The notes under the pieces are model-generated. The model worked only from the letters and a program-made list of their open reading frames with translations. It was not told where the DNA came from and made no database searches. Position numbers and translations under genes: made by a program. Of a stretch of 64,000 nucleotides of DNA, positions 27,233 to 37,164 are shown in pieces. The DNA lies in assembly GCA_963822585.1 (NCBI GenBank), contig CAWGIE010000035.1:1-64000 (forward strand), written 5' to 3'. Source of the stretch: an uncultured bacterium. Lineage in GTDB: Bacteria > Auribacterota > Erginobacteria > Erginobacterales > Erginobacteraceae. The number at the start of each line of letters is the position of its first letter. The first letter of the stretch is position 1.

Positions 27233-29500
27233 ATGATGAAACGTTCCGGAAAATGGATACCCGTACTCTTCCTGGGATTTCTCCTCGGTCTCTCGATTCC
27301 TCCCGGGGTTTCCCGTTCGCAAACAGTGGACTATGACGAGGACGAAGGGATGGTCAGCATGGATTTTGAGAATGTCGACATCCGGGTGGTGATCAAGTAT
27401 ATCAGCGATCTGACCGGGAAGAACTTTATCATCGACCAGAACGTCCGCGGTCCCGTCACCGTTATCTCCCCCACCAAGATACCCCTGGACGAAGTGTACA
27501 AGGTTTTCGAGTCGATACTGGAGGTCCGGGGTTTTGTCACCGTTCCCTCCGGAAAGGTCATCAAGATCGCCAGCAAGAAGGACGCGAGCCAGAGAAACAT
27601 CGCCCTGTCGGTGGGGGACAACCTGGAGCAGATCGTTCCCGAAGACACGATTGTAACCCAGCTCATCCCCCTTCAGTACGCCTCAGTCGAGAAGATCCGG
27701 ACCGCCCTCGGCCAGCTTTTCTCGAAAGACTCCAGCGTCATCGCCTACCCGACCAACAATACCCTGATCGTGACCGATATCTCCTCGAATATCCACCGGC
27801 TGGTCCAGATTATTAAAGAGCTTGATATCCCCGGCTACGAGACCAAGATCACGGTTGTTCCTATCCGCTATGCCGCCGCGGAAACGCTGGCCTCCGAGCT
27901 CTCCCAGGTCATCGAGGAGGCGGGTGAGGTCCCCGGCGCGCCGCCGACCCCCCGGCGGCGTCAGCGCGACCAGCTCCAGTCAAGCGAGAAGAACTTGAAG
28001 ATCATCCCTGACGACCGGACCAATTCATTGATTATCCTGGCCAATGACGACGATACCCGTCGCGTTCTGGATCTGATCAAGCGTCTGGACATCGAGACCG
28101 AACGCACCAATATCCACGTCTACTTTCTCAAGAACTCCAACGCCGAGGACATGGCCAAGGTCCTCAACAACATTGTCTCCAAGAGAAAGCCCCAGGGGGG
28201 GGACGAGCCGGTTCTGATCAGCGAGGACAAGGGGACCAACGCCCTGATCATCGATGCCACCCAGGAATCGTACGGAGACGTGGTCAAAATTATCCAGAAG
28301 CTCGACGTTGTCCGCGACCAGGTTCTGGTTGAGGTCCTCATTGCCGAGATTAACTACGACAAGACCTTCGAGCTGGGGGTGGAATGGATCGACATGGATA
28401 ATAACGGGCAAGGTTTCCCGGACGTCTCGGCGATGAAGGCCGGCCGGAGCAACGCCGAGGGTTTTGCTCAGTCGGTCTTCACCGGCAGCCTGGCCAGCTG
28501 GGCTTCCGCCGGTGAAGGGAGATCGTCCCCGGGCGTGAACGGGATATCGCTGGGCTTTGTCCAGAAGATGGCCGGCTCCGGGACCAGCCTGCCCGACTTT
28601 GCCGTTATGCTGCACGCTCTCCAGACCAACGAAGACATCAACGTCCTCGCCACGCCGCAGGTCCTGACAATGGACAATGAAGAGGCGAAGATCAAGGTTG
28701 TCCAGAACATCCCCTACGTCACCAAGCTGGAAACGAACACGAACAACGACAACTACCTGCAGAATATCGAGTACAAGGACGTCGGGATCGAGCTGACCAT
28801 CACCCCCCACATCAGCAAGTCCCAGATGGTCCGGATGGAGATTCACCAGAAGATATCGAGTTTGGTAGGCGGCACGGAGGTTTCGGGTGTCCAACTCACC
28901 CCGAAGACGTTCGATCGGGAGACCGAGACCATGGTGGTGGTGAAGGACAACCACACGATTGTGATCGGGGGGCTGATCAGGGATGACTATGCCCAGGGCG
29001 AAGACAAAATCCCGATTCTCGGGGATATCCCCCTTCTCGGCAACCTCTTCCGGTCCAACTCCACCAAGAAGGAGAAGATCAACCTCCTGATCTTCATAAC
29101 TCCCCGGGTGGTTCGGACCACCCAGCAGATTGCCGACCTGACCAACCTGAAACGCCATAACTCCCCGGAAGTCAACGCCCTGATGAAATCCCAGGAGGAT
29201 GAGATTTCCCAGCGGGAGTATGAATTACGGAAGAAAGAAGCGGTTACCTACCAGGATCTGAAGGCCCGCTATATTTCCCAGATCGAGAAGATGAAGGAAT
29301 ATGAAGAGTCTCATCTTCCTCCGCCGGCGGAAGAGCCGCCGGCCGCCGCCTCAGAAGAGGGCTCGCAGGTCGCCCCGGAGAAAACAACGGGACCGGCGCC
29401 GCCGCGCCGTTCTTTCCTGGACAGCCTTCCCAAGGTCTCCTTCGGCCGGGAAAAAGAGGACGAAGGAAATACGAAGGGGACCGGGCGATACCATAACTAA
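27233..29500 (+). CDS. gspD: Type II secretion secretin
   Basis: F.NVDI..VI..IS..TGKNF, D.RTNSLI, QVLVE..IAE, P.VLT.DN.EA, KIP.LGDIP.LG.LF, L.IFITP. Confidence 0.95.
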   Translation: MMKRSGKWIPVLFLGFLLGLSIPPGVSRSQTVDYDEDEGMVSMDFENVDIRVVIKYISDLTGKNFIIDQNVRGPVTVISPTKIPLDEVYKVFESILEVRGFVTVPSGKVIKIASKKDASQRNIALSVGDNLEQIVPEDTIVTQLIPLQYASVEKIRTALGQLFSKDSSVIAYPTNNTLIVTDISSNIHRLVQIIKELDIPGYETKITVVPIRYAAAETLASELSQVIEEAGEVPGAPPTPRRRQRDQLQSSEKNLKIIPDDRTNSLIILANDDDTRRVLDLIKRLDIETERTNIHVYFLKNSNAEDMAKVLNNIVSKRKPQGGDEPVLISEDKGTNALIIDATQESYGDVVKIIQKLDVVRDQVLVEVLIAEINYDKTFELGVEWIDMDNNGQGFPDVSAMKAGRSNAEGFAQSVFTGSLASWASAGEGRSSPGVNGISLGFVQKMAGSGTSLPDFAVMLHALQTNEDINVLATPQVLTMDNEEAKIKVVQNIPYVTKLETNTNNDNYLQNIEYKDVGIELTITPHISKSQMVRMEIHQKISSLVGGTEVSGVQLTPKTFDRETETMVVVKDNHTIVIGGLIRDDYAQGEDKIPILGDIPLLGNLFRSNSTKKEKINLLIFITPRVVRTTQQIADLTNLKRHNSPEVNALMKSQEDEISQREYELRKKEAVTYQDLKARYISQIEKMKEYEESHLPPPAEEPPAAASEEGSQVAPEKTTGPAPPRRSFLDSLPKVSFGREKEDEGNTKGTGRYHN

Positions 29501-29506
29501 AAATAT

Positions 29507-29543
29507 AAACGTTGAACGTTCAACGCTCAGCATCCAACGTCCA
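29507..29543 (+). repeat. Heptad array (AACGTYS)n, family E half-array
   Basis: aacgttg aacgttc aacgctc agcatcc aacgtcc. Confidence 0.7.
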
Positions 29544-29560
29544 CCGCCGGGCTTCATGTG

Positions 29561-29740
29561 GGAAATCCTAAATCCTAATATCGAAATCCTAAATAAATCC
29601 AAAATCAAAATGACCGAATGTTCCAAATAGAGACTTTTTAGCCCTATTTGTTTGGGATTTTTCAGTTTGGGTCATTTGATATTATTTAGGATTTAGATAT
29701 TAGGATTTGAGAACTTACGAGCTTTTCGAGTTAAGGTCTA
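29561..29740 (-). mobile_element. MITE-like family C, copy 3 (reverse orientation, one TIR missing)
   Basis: Reverse complement begins TAGACCTTAACTCGAAAAGCTCGTAAGTTCTCAAATCCTAATATC. Confidence 0.7.
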
Positions 29741-29774
29741 ATAAGTACCTCATGACCTGGAACCAGAGGGTGTA

Positions 29775-31493
29775 ATGACAAACCAGTCGATAGAATCAAT
29801 CCTGCTCGCCGATGGCGTCGTGGATCAGAAGACCGTCGATAAAGCCCGGGAACGGCAGTCTGACCGTGACCAGGGTCGTCTCATGGGCGATATTCTCCTC
29901 GATATGGGCGCCATCAATCAGGAACAGTACCGGCGGGCGTTGAGCCGGCAGCTCAACCTGCCCTATCTCGACTCGCTCTCGGAAGGGATGGTTGACAAGG
30001 AGATCGTTGCCAAGGTCCCGCTCACTTTTCTTCTCGCTCACCAACTTATCCCCCTCACTGAAAAGAACGGCGTGATCACCGTCGCCATGGCCAATCCCCT
30101 GGAAGTGCAGCCCCTGGACGATCTCCGTCTTCTGCTGGAAAAAGAAGTCCGACCCGTTGTCTGCGCGCCCGATGAAATTATCCGGATCGCCAACCGCTCC
30201 TACGGCCATGCCGAGGGAGCGGCCGAGGCGATGCTGGAAGGCATGGAAGAGGAGGGAGAGGGACCCGAACTGGTGACCCTGACCGATCACGCCGAGGACC
30301 TTTTGGACATCGCCACCAAGGCTCCGGTGATCAAACTGGTAAACCTGATCCTGTTCGAGGCCGTCAAAGCCCGGGCCAGTGATATCCATATCGAGCCTTT
30401 CGAGAAGGAACTCCGGGTACGGTACCGGATTGACGGCATTCTCTATGAAGCGCTGTCGCCCCCCAAGCAGTACCAGTCCGCCATCACTTCCCGGGTGAAG
30501 ATCATGGCCAACCTGAATATCGCCGAGAAACGCCTCCCCCAGGACGGCCGGATTAAGATCCGGATCACGGATCGGGAGATCGATCTCCGGGTTTCTTTGA
30601 TACCGATTTCATTCGGGGAGAGGATCGTGCTGCGGCTCCTGGATCGCTCGGCCCAGCTGTACAGCCTCCACGACCTGGGGATGAGCGATGACCGGCTGGC
30701 GATCTTCGCCCGGCTGATCAAGCTTTCCCACGGCATTATCCTGGTCACCGGTCCCACCGGTTCCGGGAAGACCACCACCCTTTACGCCGCCCTCAGTACC
30801 GTGAACTCGATGGAGCAGAACATCATTACCGTTGAGGATCCGGTCGAATACCAGATTCCCGGCATCGGTCAGATCCAGGTTAATCCCAAGATCGGTCTTA
30901 CTTTCGCCAGTGGCCTGCGCTCGATTCTGCGTCAGGACCCCGACGTTGTTCTGATCGGGGAAATGCGGGACCATGAGACCGCCGAGATCGCCATTCAGGC
31001 AAGCCTGACCGGGCACCTGGTTTTCTCTACTCTTCATACCAACGACGCCGCCGGCGCGATAACCCGGCTGATCGACATGGGTGTGGAACCCTACCTGGTC
31101 TCTTCCTCGGTGGAGGGCATTATGGCCCAGCGCCTGGTGAGGACGATCTGTCCCCACTGCCGGGAAAGCTACCGGCCTACCGAGGAGATGCTCCGGGAGA
31201 TCGGCCTGGCCATGGATTCCATCCCGGATCAGAAGCTCTTCCGTGGCGCGGGATGCGATCAGTGTTTCCAGTCGGGCTACATGGGGAGAAGCGGTATCTT
31301 CGAAGTACTCCTGGTTGACGACAAGATTCGCCGGATGATTCTGGATAGGACCAATACCGGCGTGATCAAGAAGGCGGCACTGAAGAAAGGGATGCGGACC
31401 CTGCGGATGGACGGGGCCCTGAAGGTCCAGGAGGGAATCACGACCATCGAGGAAGTCATCCGGGTCACCCAGGAGGACATCATCGAGGTATAA
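29775..31493 (+). CDS. gspE: Type II secretion ATPase
   Basis: ASDIHIEP, RLPQDGR, GPTGSGKTTT, EDPVEY, LRQDPDV..GEMRD, GHLVFSTLHTN, CxxC...CxxC. Confidence 0.96.
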   Translation: MTNQSIESILLADGVVDQKTVDKARERQSDRDQGRLMGDILLDMGAINQEQYRRALSRQLNLPYLDSLSEGMVDKEIVAKVPLTFLLAHQLIPLTEKNGVITVAMANPLEVQPLDDLRLLLEKEVRPVVCAPDEIIRIANRSYGHAEGAAEAMLEGMEEEGEGPELVTLTDHAEDLLDIATKAPVIKLVNLILFEAVKARASDIHIEPFEKELRVRYRIDGILYEALSPPKQYQSAITSRVKIMANLNIAEKRLPQDGRIKIRITDREIDLRVSLIPISFGERIVLRLLDRSAQLYSLHDLGMSDDRLAIFARLIKLSHGIILVTGPTGSGKTTTLYAALSTVNSMEQNIITVEDPVEYQIPGIGQIQVNPKIGLTFASGLRSILRQDPDVVLIGEMRDHETAEIAIQASLTGHLVFSTLHTNDAAGAITRLIDMGVEPYLVSSSVEGIMAQRLVRTICPHCRESYRPTEEMLREIGLAMDSIPDQKLFRGAGCDQCFQSGYMGRSGIFEVLLVDDKIRRMILDRTNTGVIKKAALKKGMRTLRMDGALKVQEGITTIEEVIRVTQEDIIEV

Positions 31494-31571
31494 CATTATT
31501 GATTTTATTATAGTTATTGAAATTAATTATTAGCCACCCAGAAATTATTAAAAGAGCAATCCAGTAATGCA

Positions 31572-31776
31572 GTATCGTCCTTTCGCTTCGCTCCAGGACT
31601 TGTAGGATCAGAATGCCTGCGGCATTCTTTGTAGGAATTGTAGGATCGCTTCGCTTGCAGTTCAGCAAGCCTTGCCTTCGGCAAGGCGATACTACATTTA
31701 CTACATCTACAGCAAGTCCTGAACGGAGTGAAGGACGATCCTACATAAATTTGCGAGCGTAGCGAGCTAATTTATA
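31572..31776. repeat. Nested palindromic element with GNA-triloop hairpins
   Basis: atcgtcctttcgcttcgctccaggacttg ... caagtcctgaacggagtgaaggacgat arms, with internal GCCTTGCC-TTC-GGCAAGGC. Confidence 0.6.
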
Positions 31777-32997
31777 ATGGCTGTTTTCGACTACAAGGCA
31801 CTGAACACCCGCGGGGAGCAGGTGAGCGGCATCATCGATGCCGACAGCACGGCTGACGCGCGGGCTAAACTCCGGCATCAGGGGGTCTTCCCGACCGAAG
31901 TGACGGAGTCGGATGAGAAGGTCGATCTGAGAAGCGACCAGGCCATCTCCCGGCTTTTGCACCGGGTCAAAGCCGGGGATGTGGCGATCTTTACCCGTCA
32001 GACGGCGACCCTGCTCAGCTCGGGCCTCCAGCTGGTTCAGACCCTCAACGCGCTGATCGATCAGCTGGAGAAAAGCCCCCTGAAGAGGGTGATCATCAAA
32101 GTCCGTGATGATGTCAACGCGGGGGTTACCTTTGCCGCCGCGCTCCGGCGGTTCCCCCGGATCTTCCCGCCCTTGTATACCAACATGATCCAGGCCGGGG
32201 AAGCGGCCGGCGCCCTCGAGATCGTCCTTGAACGTCTGGCCGATCTGACGGAGAAGAACGTGAAGATGCGCAATCACATCCGGTCGGTCATGGTGTACCC
32301 GATCCTGGTCGCCTGCATCGGGGTCGGGGTAATCATTTTTCTCCTGGTCAAGGTAGTCCCCACCATCACCAGCATTTTTTCCGAAACCCAGCAGGCGCTC
32401 CCCCTGCCCACGGTCGTTCTCCTCGATATCAGCGACTTCATGAGAGGATACTGGTGGGCGCTTGTCTTCATCGCCGGCGGACTGTACTTTATCTTCACTT
32501 TCTGGAAAAAGGGCCCGCGGGGAAGGTCCTTTATCGACCGGCTCAAGCTCCGGCTCCCTCTCTTCGGACCGCTGATCCGGAAGATCGCCGTCGTCAGATT
32601 TACCCGGACCCTGGCCACCCTGCTTTCCAGCGGCGCCCCTCTGATCGAATCCCTGGGGATCGTCAGGAACATCGTCAACAATACTTCCATCGCCGGTTCC
32701 ATCGACAAGGCGATCGAGTCCATCAGAGCCGGTCAGTCCATCGCCGGCCCTTTCCGGAAAAGCCGTGTCTTCCCGCCAATCGTGGTGCATATGATTTCGG
32801 TTGGAGAAACCAGCGGCGCCCTGGAGCCGATGCTGGAGAAAATCGCCCAGTCTTATGAAGATGAGGTGGAGACGACCGTCGGTGCGATGACATCTCTTCT
32901 GGAGCCGATCATGATCGTGGTCATGGGAGTGGTAGTCGGCTATATCGTTCTTTCGATACTTCTGCCCATTTTCCAGATGAGCCAGGCGATCGGTTAG
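31777..32997 (+). CDS. gspF: Type II secretion inner-membrane platform protein
   Basis: F.Y.A....G, FTRQ.ATLL.SG, AGE..G.LE.VL.RLAD, GE.SG.L..ML, LLEP. Confidence 0.95.
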   Translation: MAVFDYKALNTRGEQVSGIIDADSTADARAKLRHQGVFPTEVTESDEKVDLRSDQAISRLLHRVKAGDVAIFTRQTATLLSSGLQLVQTLNALIDQLEKSPLKRVIIKVRDDVNAGVTFAAALRRFPRIFPPLYTNMIQAGEAAGALEIVLERLADLTEKNVKMRNHIRSVMVYPILVACIGVGVIIFLLVKVVPTITSIFSETQQALPLPTVVLLDISDFMRGYWWALVFIAGGLYFIFTFWKKGPRGRSFIDRLKLRLPLFGPLIRKIAVVRFTRTLATLLSSGAPLIESLGIVRNIVNNTSIAGSIDKAIESIRAGQSIAGPFRKSRVFPPIVVHMISVGETSGALEPMLEKIAQSYEDEVETTVGAMTSLLEPIMIVVMGVVVGYIVLSILLPIFQMSQAIG

Positions 32998-33155
32998 AAA
33001 AGTGCCTAAAGTTTGAAGTTTGAAGTGCCTAAAGTTAAAAGAGTGCCTAACGCTGGAAATTATTGATTCGCGATTCTTAAAAATCGCTAAAAAATAAAGC
33101 TGGCAAAAAAGTGACAACGTATTAATCCCTTAACTTTAGGCACTTTAGGCACTTT
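32998..33155. repeat. Inverted array (AAAGTGCCT)n ... (AGGCACTTT)n, family G
   Basis: aaagtgcctaaagt...aagtgcctaaagt ... actttaggcactttaggcacttt. Half-array at 39585-39623. Confidence 0.75.
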
Positions 33156-33173
33156 CATACGAGGAGGTAGAAA

Positions 33174-33594
33174 ATGATAAACAAGAAAGGAAACAATATT
33201 TCCGCGGTGTCACGGTTTCACACTGGTTGAGCTCATGGTGGTGATCGCGATTATCGGGTTCCTGGCCGCCATTATCGTGCCCAAGTTCTTCCAGCAGATC
33301 GGGAAAGGTCAGCGCGGCGCCGCCCAGGCGGAGATCAGGCAGATCGAGGTATCTCTGGGGATGTATTTCGCCGACAACTATTCCTACCCCAGTTCGCTCT
33401 CGGAACTGGTCCCCAAATATTTGCCGCGGGAGCCGAGGGATCCCTGGAAAAATCCCTATTATTATAATCCCACCAGTCAGCATAACCAGGAATTCGACCT
33501 GGCATCTTTCGGAAAAGACGGGGCGGCGGGAGGCACCGGCGACAACGAAGACGTAACGAATTGGAACGCAGCGGGTGAGGAAGGACAACAATAG
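33174..33594 (+). CDS. gspG: Major pseudopilin; apparent frameshift in the leader between ATG 33174 and the G|FTLVE site
   Basis: GFTLVELMVVIAIIG.LAA...P, DPW.NPY.Y, S.GKDG..GG.G...D..NW. The SD GAGGAGG-ATG is in a different frame from the pilin body. Confidence 0.88.
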
Positions 33595-33693
33595 TAAAAA
33601 CGAACGTCGAACGTCGAACGCTCAACGTCGAACAAAGGGGCGCTGCCGCGGGATCAACTTCCCGGCATCATAAAGAATGAACGTCGGACATAG

Positions 33694-34275
33694 ATGAATG
33701 ACGAAACCCGAATGACGAAACCCGAATCCCGAATGCCGAATGCCGAAAGGTGCCCGTCAACTGTCAACCGACAACCGTCAACCGTCTCCCGGGGCGGGTT
33801 CACGCTGATCGAACTCTCCGTGGTCCTGATCCTGATCGGCGTGGTTTTTATGATTATGTCCCCGAAGCTGGCGGGTTTGTTTTCGGGGCGCCGGCTGAAG
33901 GGGTTCTGCCGGGAGCTGGCCGGCACTCTTGACTATACCCGTTCCCGGGCGATCATCGAGGGTCGTTCCCAGACTTTTTATATCGACCGCGAAAAACAGG
34001 AATACTGGATCGGCCGTCCGGATGAAGAGAGCAATGATTTCGGCGGGCGCGATGAGGAGGCCGCGATCAGAAAGTGGAAAATGCCCGAAGGCATCAGCAT
34101 AAAACGACTGGAACTCGGCACCCGGGTCGTCGACCGGTTCAAACCCGTCATCAGGTTTTATCCGCGGGGGAACTCCAATGGAGCGGAGATTTTCCTGGAA
34201 ACCGTTCAGGGCGACCGGGCTGAGATCAAGGTCAAACCTTTCACCGGGAGATCGGAGGTCATCATCGAGCAGTGA
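33694..34275 (+). CDS. gspH: Minor pseudopilin H
   Basis: G|FTLIELSVVL N-methylation motif, I.FYP.G, position after gspG. Leader is encoded by repeats. Confidence 0.8.
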   Translation: MNDETRMTKPESRMPNAERCPSTVNRQPSTVSRGGFTLIELSVVLILIGVVFMIMSPKLAGLFSGRRLKGFCRELAGTLDYTRSRAIIEGRSQTFYIDREKQEYWIGRPDEESNDFGGRDEEAAIRKWKMPEGISIKRLELGTRVVDRFKPVIRFYPRGNSNGAEIFLETVQGDRAEIKVKPFTGRSEVIIEQ

Positions 34276-34787
34276 GAGAACGCAGCCCGCGAACAAACAA
34301 ATTCCGATGGGCCGGCAACCCTTTCCGGAAACGGCCTTCTCGATCGGATGGAAGCGATGGGTTCACCCTTCTCGAAGTGATGATCGCGGTCGCCGTGATG
34401 GCCGTGGGGGTGGTCCCCCTGCTGGTGGTGCATGGCTCCACGGTCGGCAATCTTCGCCGGTCTCGGGAGATGACCCAGTCCGTTCTTTTGGCCCGGAGCC
34501 GGATGGCCATGCTGGAGACGCTTGGCTTTGACGCCCTGGAGAATGAAGACACTTCCGATCCGGCCGCTTTGTTGGCCGACGAGAACAATGAGACACCGGC
34601 GTATCTAACGGTTGAAGAAGCGGTGGAGGAGGTCGAGCCGCTGCTGCTGATCCAGGCGGACATCGGCGTTGTTCCGAAGTTTGTAGCCGCGGCCAAGGAA
34701 GATAAGCGCGCGGGTGTAAAGGTCGTGACCGATATCCCGAGCCTTTATTTCGAACCCCCGGAAGAAGAAGCGACTGGTGAGGAGTAA
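34272..34787 (+). CDS. gspI: Minor pseudopilin I
   Basis: G|FTLLEVMIAVAV; GTGA coupling to gspH. Confidence 0.75.
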   Translation: MRERSPRTNKFRWAGNPFRKRPSRSDGSDGFTLLEVMIAVAVMAVGVVPLLVVHGSTVGNLRRSREMTQSVLLARSRMAMLETLGFDALENEDTSDPAALLADENNETPAYLTVEEAVEEVEPLLLIQADIGVVPKFVAAAKEDKRAGVKVVTDIPSLYFEPPEEEATGEE

Positions 34788-34792
34788 CCGCG

Positions 34793-35509
34793 GTGTTCGT
34801 CAGGCAGTCAACCCGGTTCGTATCGCTGAAGAGGGAGAGGGGGTTCACCATTATCGAGATCCTGATCGCGGTCACTCTGGGGGCGGTGATTCTCGCCACC
34901 GTGTATGGAGCGTACCATATGGTGGTCAAGACGACGATGAACTACAGCCGGGTGTCCGATACTTATCAGACCGCCCGGATTGTCCTGGATACGATGGCGA
35001 AGGAGATCAGCGGGGCCTATCAGCCGCTCTTCGCTGAAAGGGGAAAGATGTTTCTGGGGGTTGACGAGTGGTACGCGGGTTTGGAGAACGATACGCTGAG
35101 CATGGTGACGACAACCTGTATCAGTGGAGGCGAGGTGGAGACCGGGTACGACACCTATGAGACGACCTATTACCTGGGCCGGGGGGATGAGGACGGCCTT
35201 CTCTACATGAAGACGGCCCCGTATTTTAATCTGGAGGAACCGTTCAAAGAAGGGGAAGAGGTTGTCCTGGCGGAGAACGTTCGCTCGCTGGATTTCAAAT
35301 ATTATGACGGAACGGAATGGGTGGAAGCCTGGGGCGGCGAACCCCAGGCGGTCGTGGAAGATGAGGAGACGCCGGCTCTCCCCTACGGGGTGCGGATCAC
35401 GATCTCGATCGGAACCGCGGAAGAGAAAGAACCGGCCCGCTTCAGCACGATCGCCTTTCTGCCCATGACCCCCCGGATGAAAAAGGAGGAAGAGGCAGCA
35501 GTGGAATGA
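34793..35509 (+). CDS. gspJ: Minor pseudopilin J
   Basis: G|FTIIEILIA; L...V..L.F.YYDG.EW...W; LP.GV.I.I. Confidence 0.8.
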   Translation: MFVRQSTRFVSLKRERGFTIIEILIAVTLGAVILATVYGAYHMVVKTTMNYSRVSDTYQTARIVLDTMAKEISGAYQPLFAERGKMFLGVDEWYAGLENDTLSMVTTTCISGGEVETGYDTYETTYYLGRGDEDGLLYMKTAPYFNLEEPFKEGEEVVLAENVRSLDFKYYDGTEWVEAWGGEPQAVVEDEETPALPYGVRITISIGTAEEKEPARFSTIAFLPMTPRMKKEEEAAVE

Positions 35510-35628
35510 CGAAATCCGAATGACGAATGACGAATGAGCCGCCGTCGCCCTTCGGGCTTGGCGGGTAGGCGAAGTCCGAATACTGATCACTGATTACCGA
35601 TTACCGATTACTGATTACTGATTACCGG
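35504..35628. repeat. Adjacent family F and family A half-arrays
   Basis: gaatgac gaaatcc gaatgac gaatgac gaatgag ... actgatc actgatt accgatt accgatt actgatt actgatt acc. Confidence 0.8.
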
Positions 35629-35635
35629 TATTATC

Positions 35636-36967
35636 ATGTACAGCAATCAACAAGGTCGACCGAAAACCGACCGCCAGACGGGCGTGGTTCTCCTGACGGT
35701 TGTGCTGGTGATCGCCCTGTTGGGGGTCCTGGTCATGGAGTATAATTATCTGAGCGCTCTCGATGTGAAGATGGCCGCGGGCGCCCGGGACAATCTGGAG
35801 GCATTCTACCTGGCCCAGGCGGGTATCGGCCGGGCCATCTATCTGCTGGAGGAAGATAAGTTGGAAGAGCTGAAGCAAGAGCAGGCCGCTGAAACAGCGG
35901 CCGGGGTGCAGAAAAATGTTTCCAGCGAAGATGAGGAATCAGGTGTCGACAGTCTTGACGAGGCCTGGGCGGTCCCCCAGAAACCGGAGTCCCTCGGTTC
36001 GGGAACGTATTACTTCCGGATTATAGACGAGGAACGGAAATTCAACCTGAATCTCATTCTTAAAGACGCGGTGGAAGAAATTGCCGCGGCCCGGGCGAAA
36101 GCCGCGGGTATAGATCAGGAGGAGGAAGCGGAGAAGGGAAAATCCGACGAGGAGAAGAAAAAAGACGCAGAGAAAAAAGACGAGGAAAAAAAGAAAGAAG
36201 ACGAAATAAAGAATAAAGAGGAAAAGCCGGCGGATGAGAGTCGCGATGAAGAGAAGGACGAAATCAAGGTAGATGATGAATCTCCCGAGTACCTGGCGCT
36301 CACGCTTCTTTTAGAAAAAATTCGGGCCGAGGCCGATGAAGCGGATGGGATCGATCCCTTTGCCCGCTCCCTCTTTGACACCCCGAAAGGAACCATGGAA
36401 GCCCTTGTCGACTGGATAGAGGACGACACGGCCGGAGGGGGGGATGCCATTGAGCGCAGCGGTCCCCTGGAGACCTTCGGAGAACTGGCCCTGCTCAAGG
36501 ACATGAGCCGGGTGATGCTGCTGGGATCGCCACGCCGGGAAAAAATAAAAGTGCCGAAAGATGAGGAAGAGCTGGAGTTGATCAATCCCTGGGCGGTGAA
36601 ACCTTTCCGGGGACTCAAGGCTTGTCTGACCGTTTATGGGGATGGAAAGGTTAACATCAACACCGCCTCCAAAGAGGTGCTGGAGATCATGCTCCAGGAC
36701 GAGGATGACGACCAGATGGATCTGGCTGACGATATCATCGCCGCCAGAGAGGAACTTCCTTTCGAGGCCGTCGAGTCGGTGAACGACGATGAGTACCTGA
36801 GCGAGAAGATCAAGGATAAATTTCTCGAGCGCTTTAAAGTCAGCAGCGAGTATTTCGATATTCTTTCCGAGGGGAGGGTTGGGGAGACGACCGCCCGGAT
36901 CAGTGCGGTTGTCCAGCGTTTAAAAAACCGGATTGTGATCTGCTACTGGCGTTACGACGGCCGGTAA
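35636..36967 (+). CDS. gspK: Minor pseudopilin K with an acidic/charged insertion
   Basis: G|VVLLTVVLVIALL, A.YLA.AGI, D.L.E.W, DE.RK.NLN, DW.., GKVNINTA..EVL. Confidence 0.85.
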   Translation: MYSNQQGRPKTDRQTGVVLLTVVLVIALLGVLVMEYNYLSALDVKMAAGARDNLEAFYLAQAGIGRAIYLLEEDKLEELKQEQAAETAAGVQKNVSSEDEESGVDSLDEAWAVPQKPESLGSGTYYFRIIDEERKFNLNLILKDAVEEIAAARAKAAGIDQEEEAEKGKSDEEKKKDAEKKDEEKKKEDEIKNKEEKPADESRDEEKDEIKVDDESPEYLALTLLLEKIRAEADEADGIDPFARSLFDTPKGTMEALVDWIEDDTAGGGDAIERSGPLETFGELALLKDMSRVMLLGSPRREKIKVPKDEEELELINPWAVKPFRGLKACLTVYGDGKVNINTASKEVLEIMLQDEDDDQMDLADDIIAAREELPFEAVESVNDDEYLSEKIKDKFLERFKVSSEYFDILSEGRVGETTARISAVVQRLKNRIVICYWRYDGR

Positions 36968-37022
36968 TAATGGTGTCATGCAGGACAAGAAGTGCTTAAA
37001 GGGGATCAAAGTCAGTGACACG

Positions 37023-37092
37023 GGGTAATGATGTAATGGAGTAATGGAGTAGATTGGAGTGATGGTCCGACCTTCCAACACTCCAACACTCC
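37023..37092. repeat. Family B inverted 8-mer array
   Basis: gtaatggagtaatggagta...ggagtgatgg ... ccaacactccaacactcc. Confidence 0.75.
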
Positions 37093-37164
37093 TTGCATTA
37101 TCCGCAGAGCAACGAGGAATTGACCAACTGGGGTGGAACAGGCGGGGGATATAGCGTAACAATT

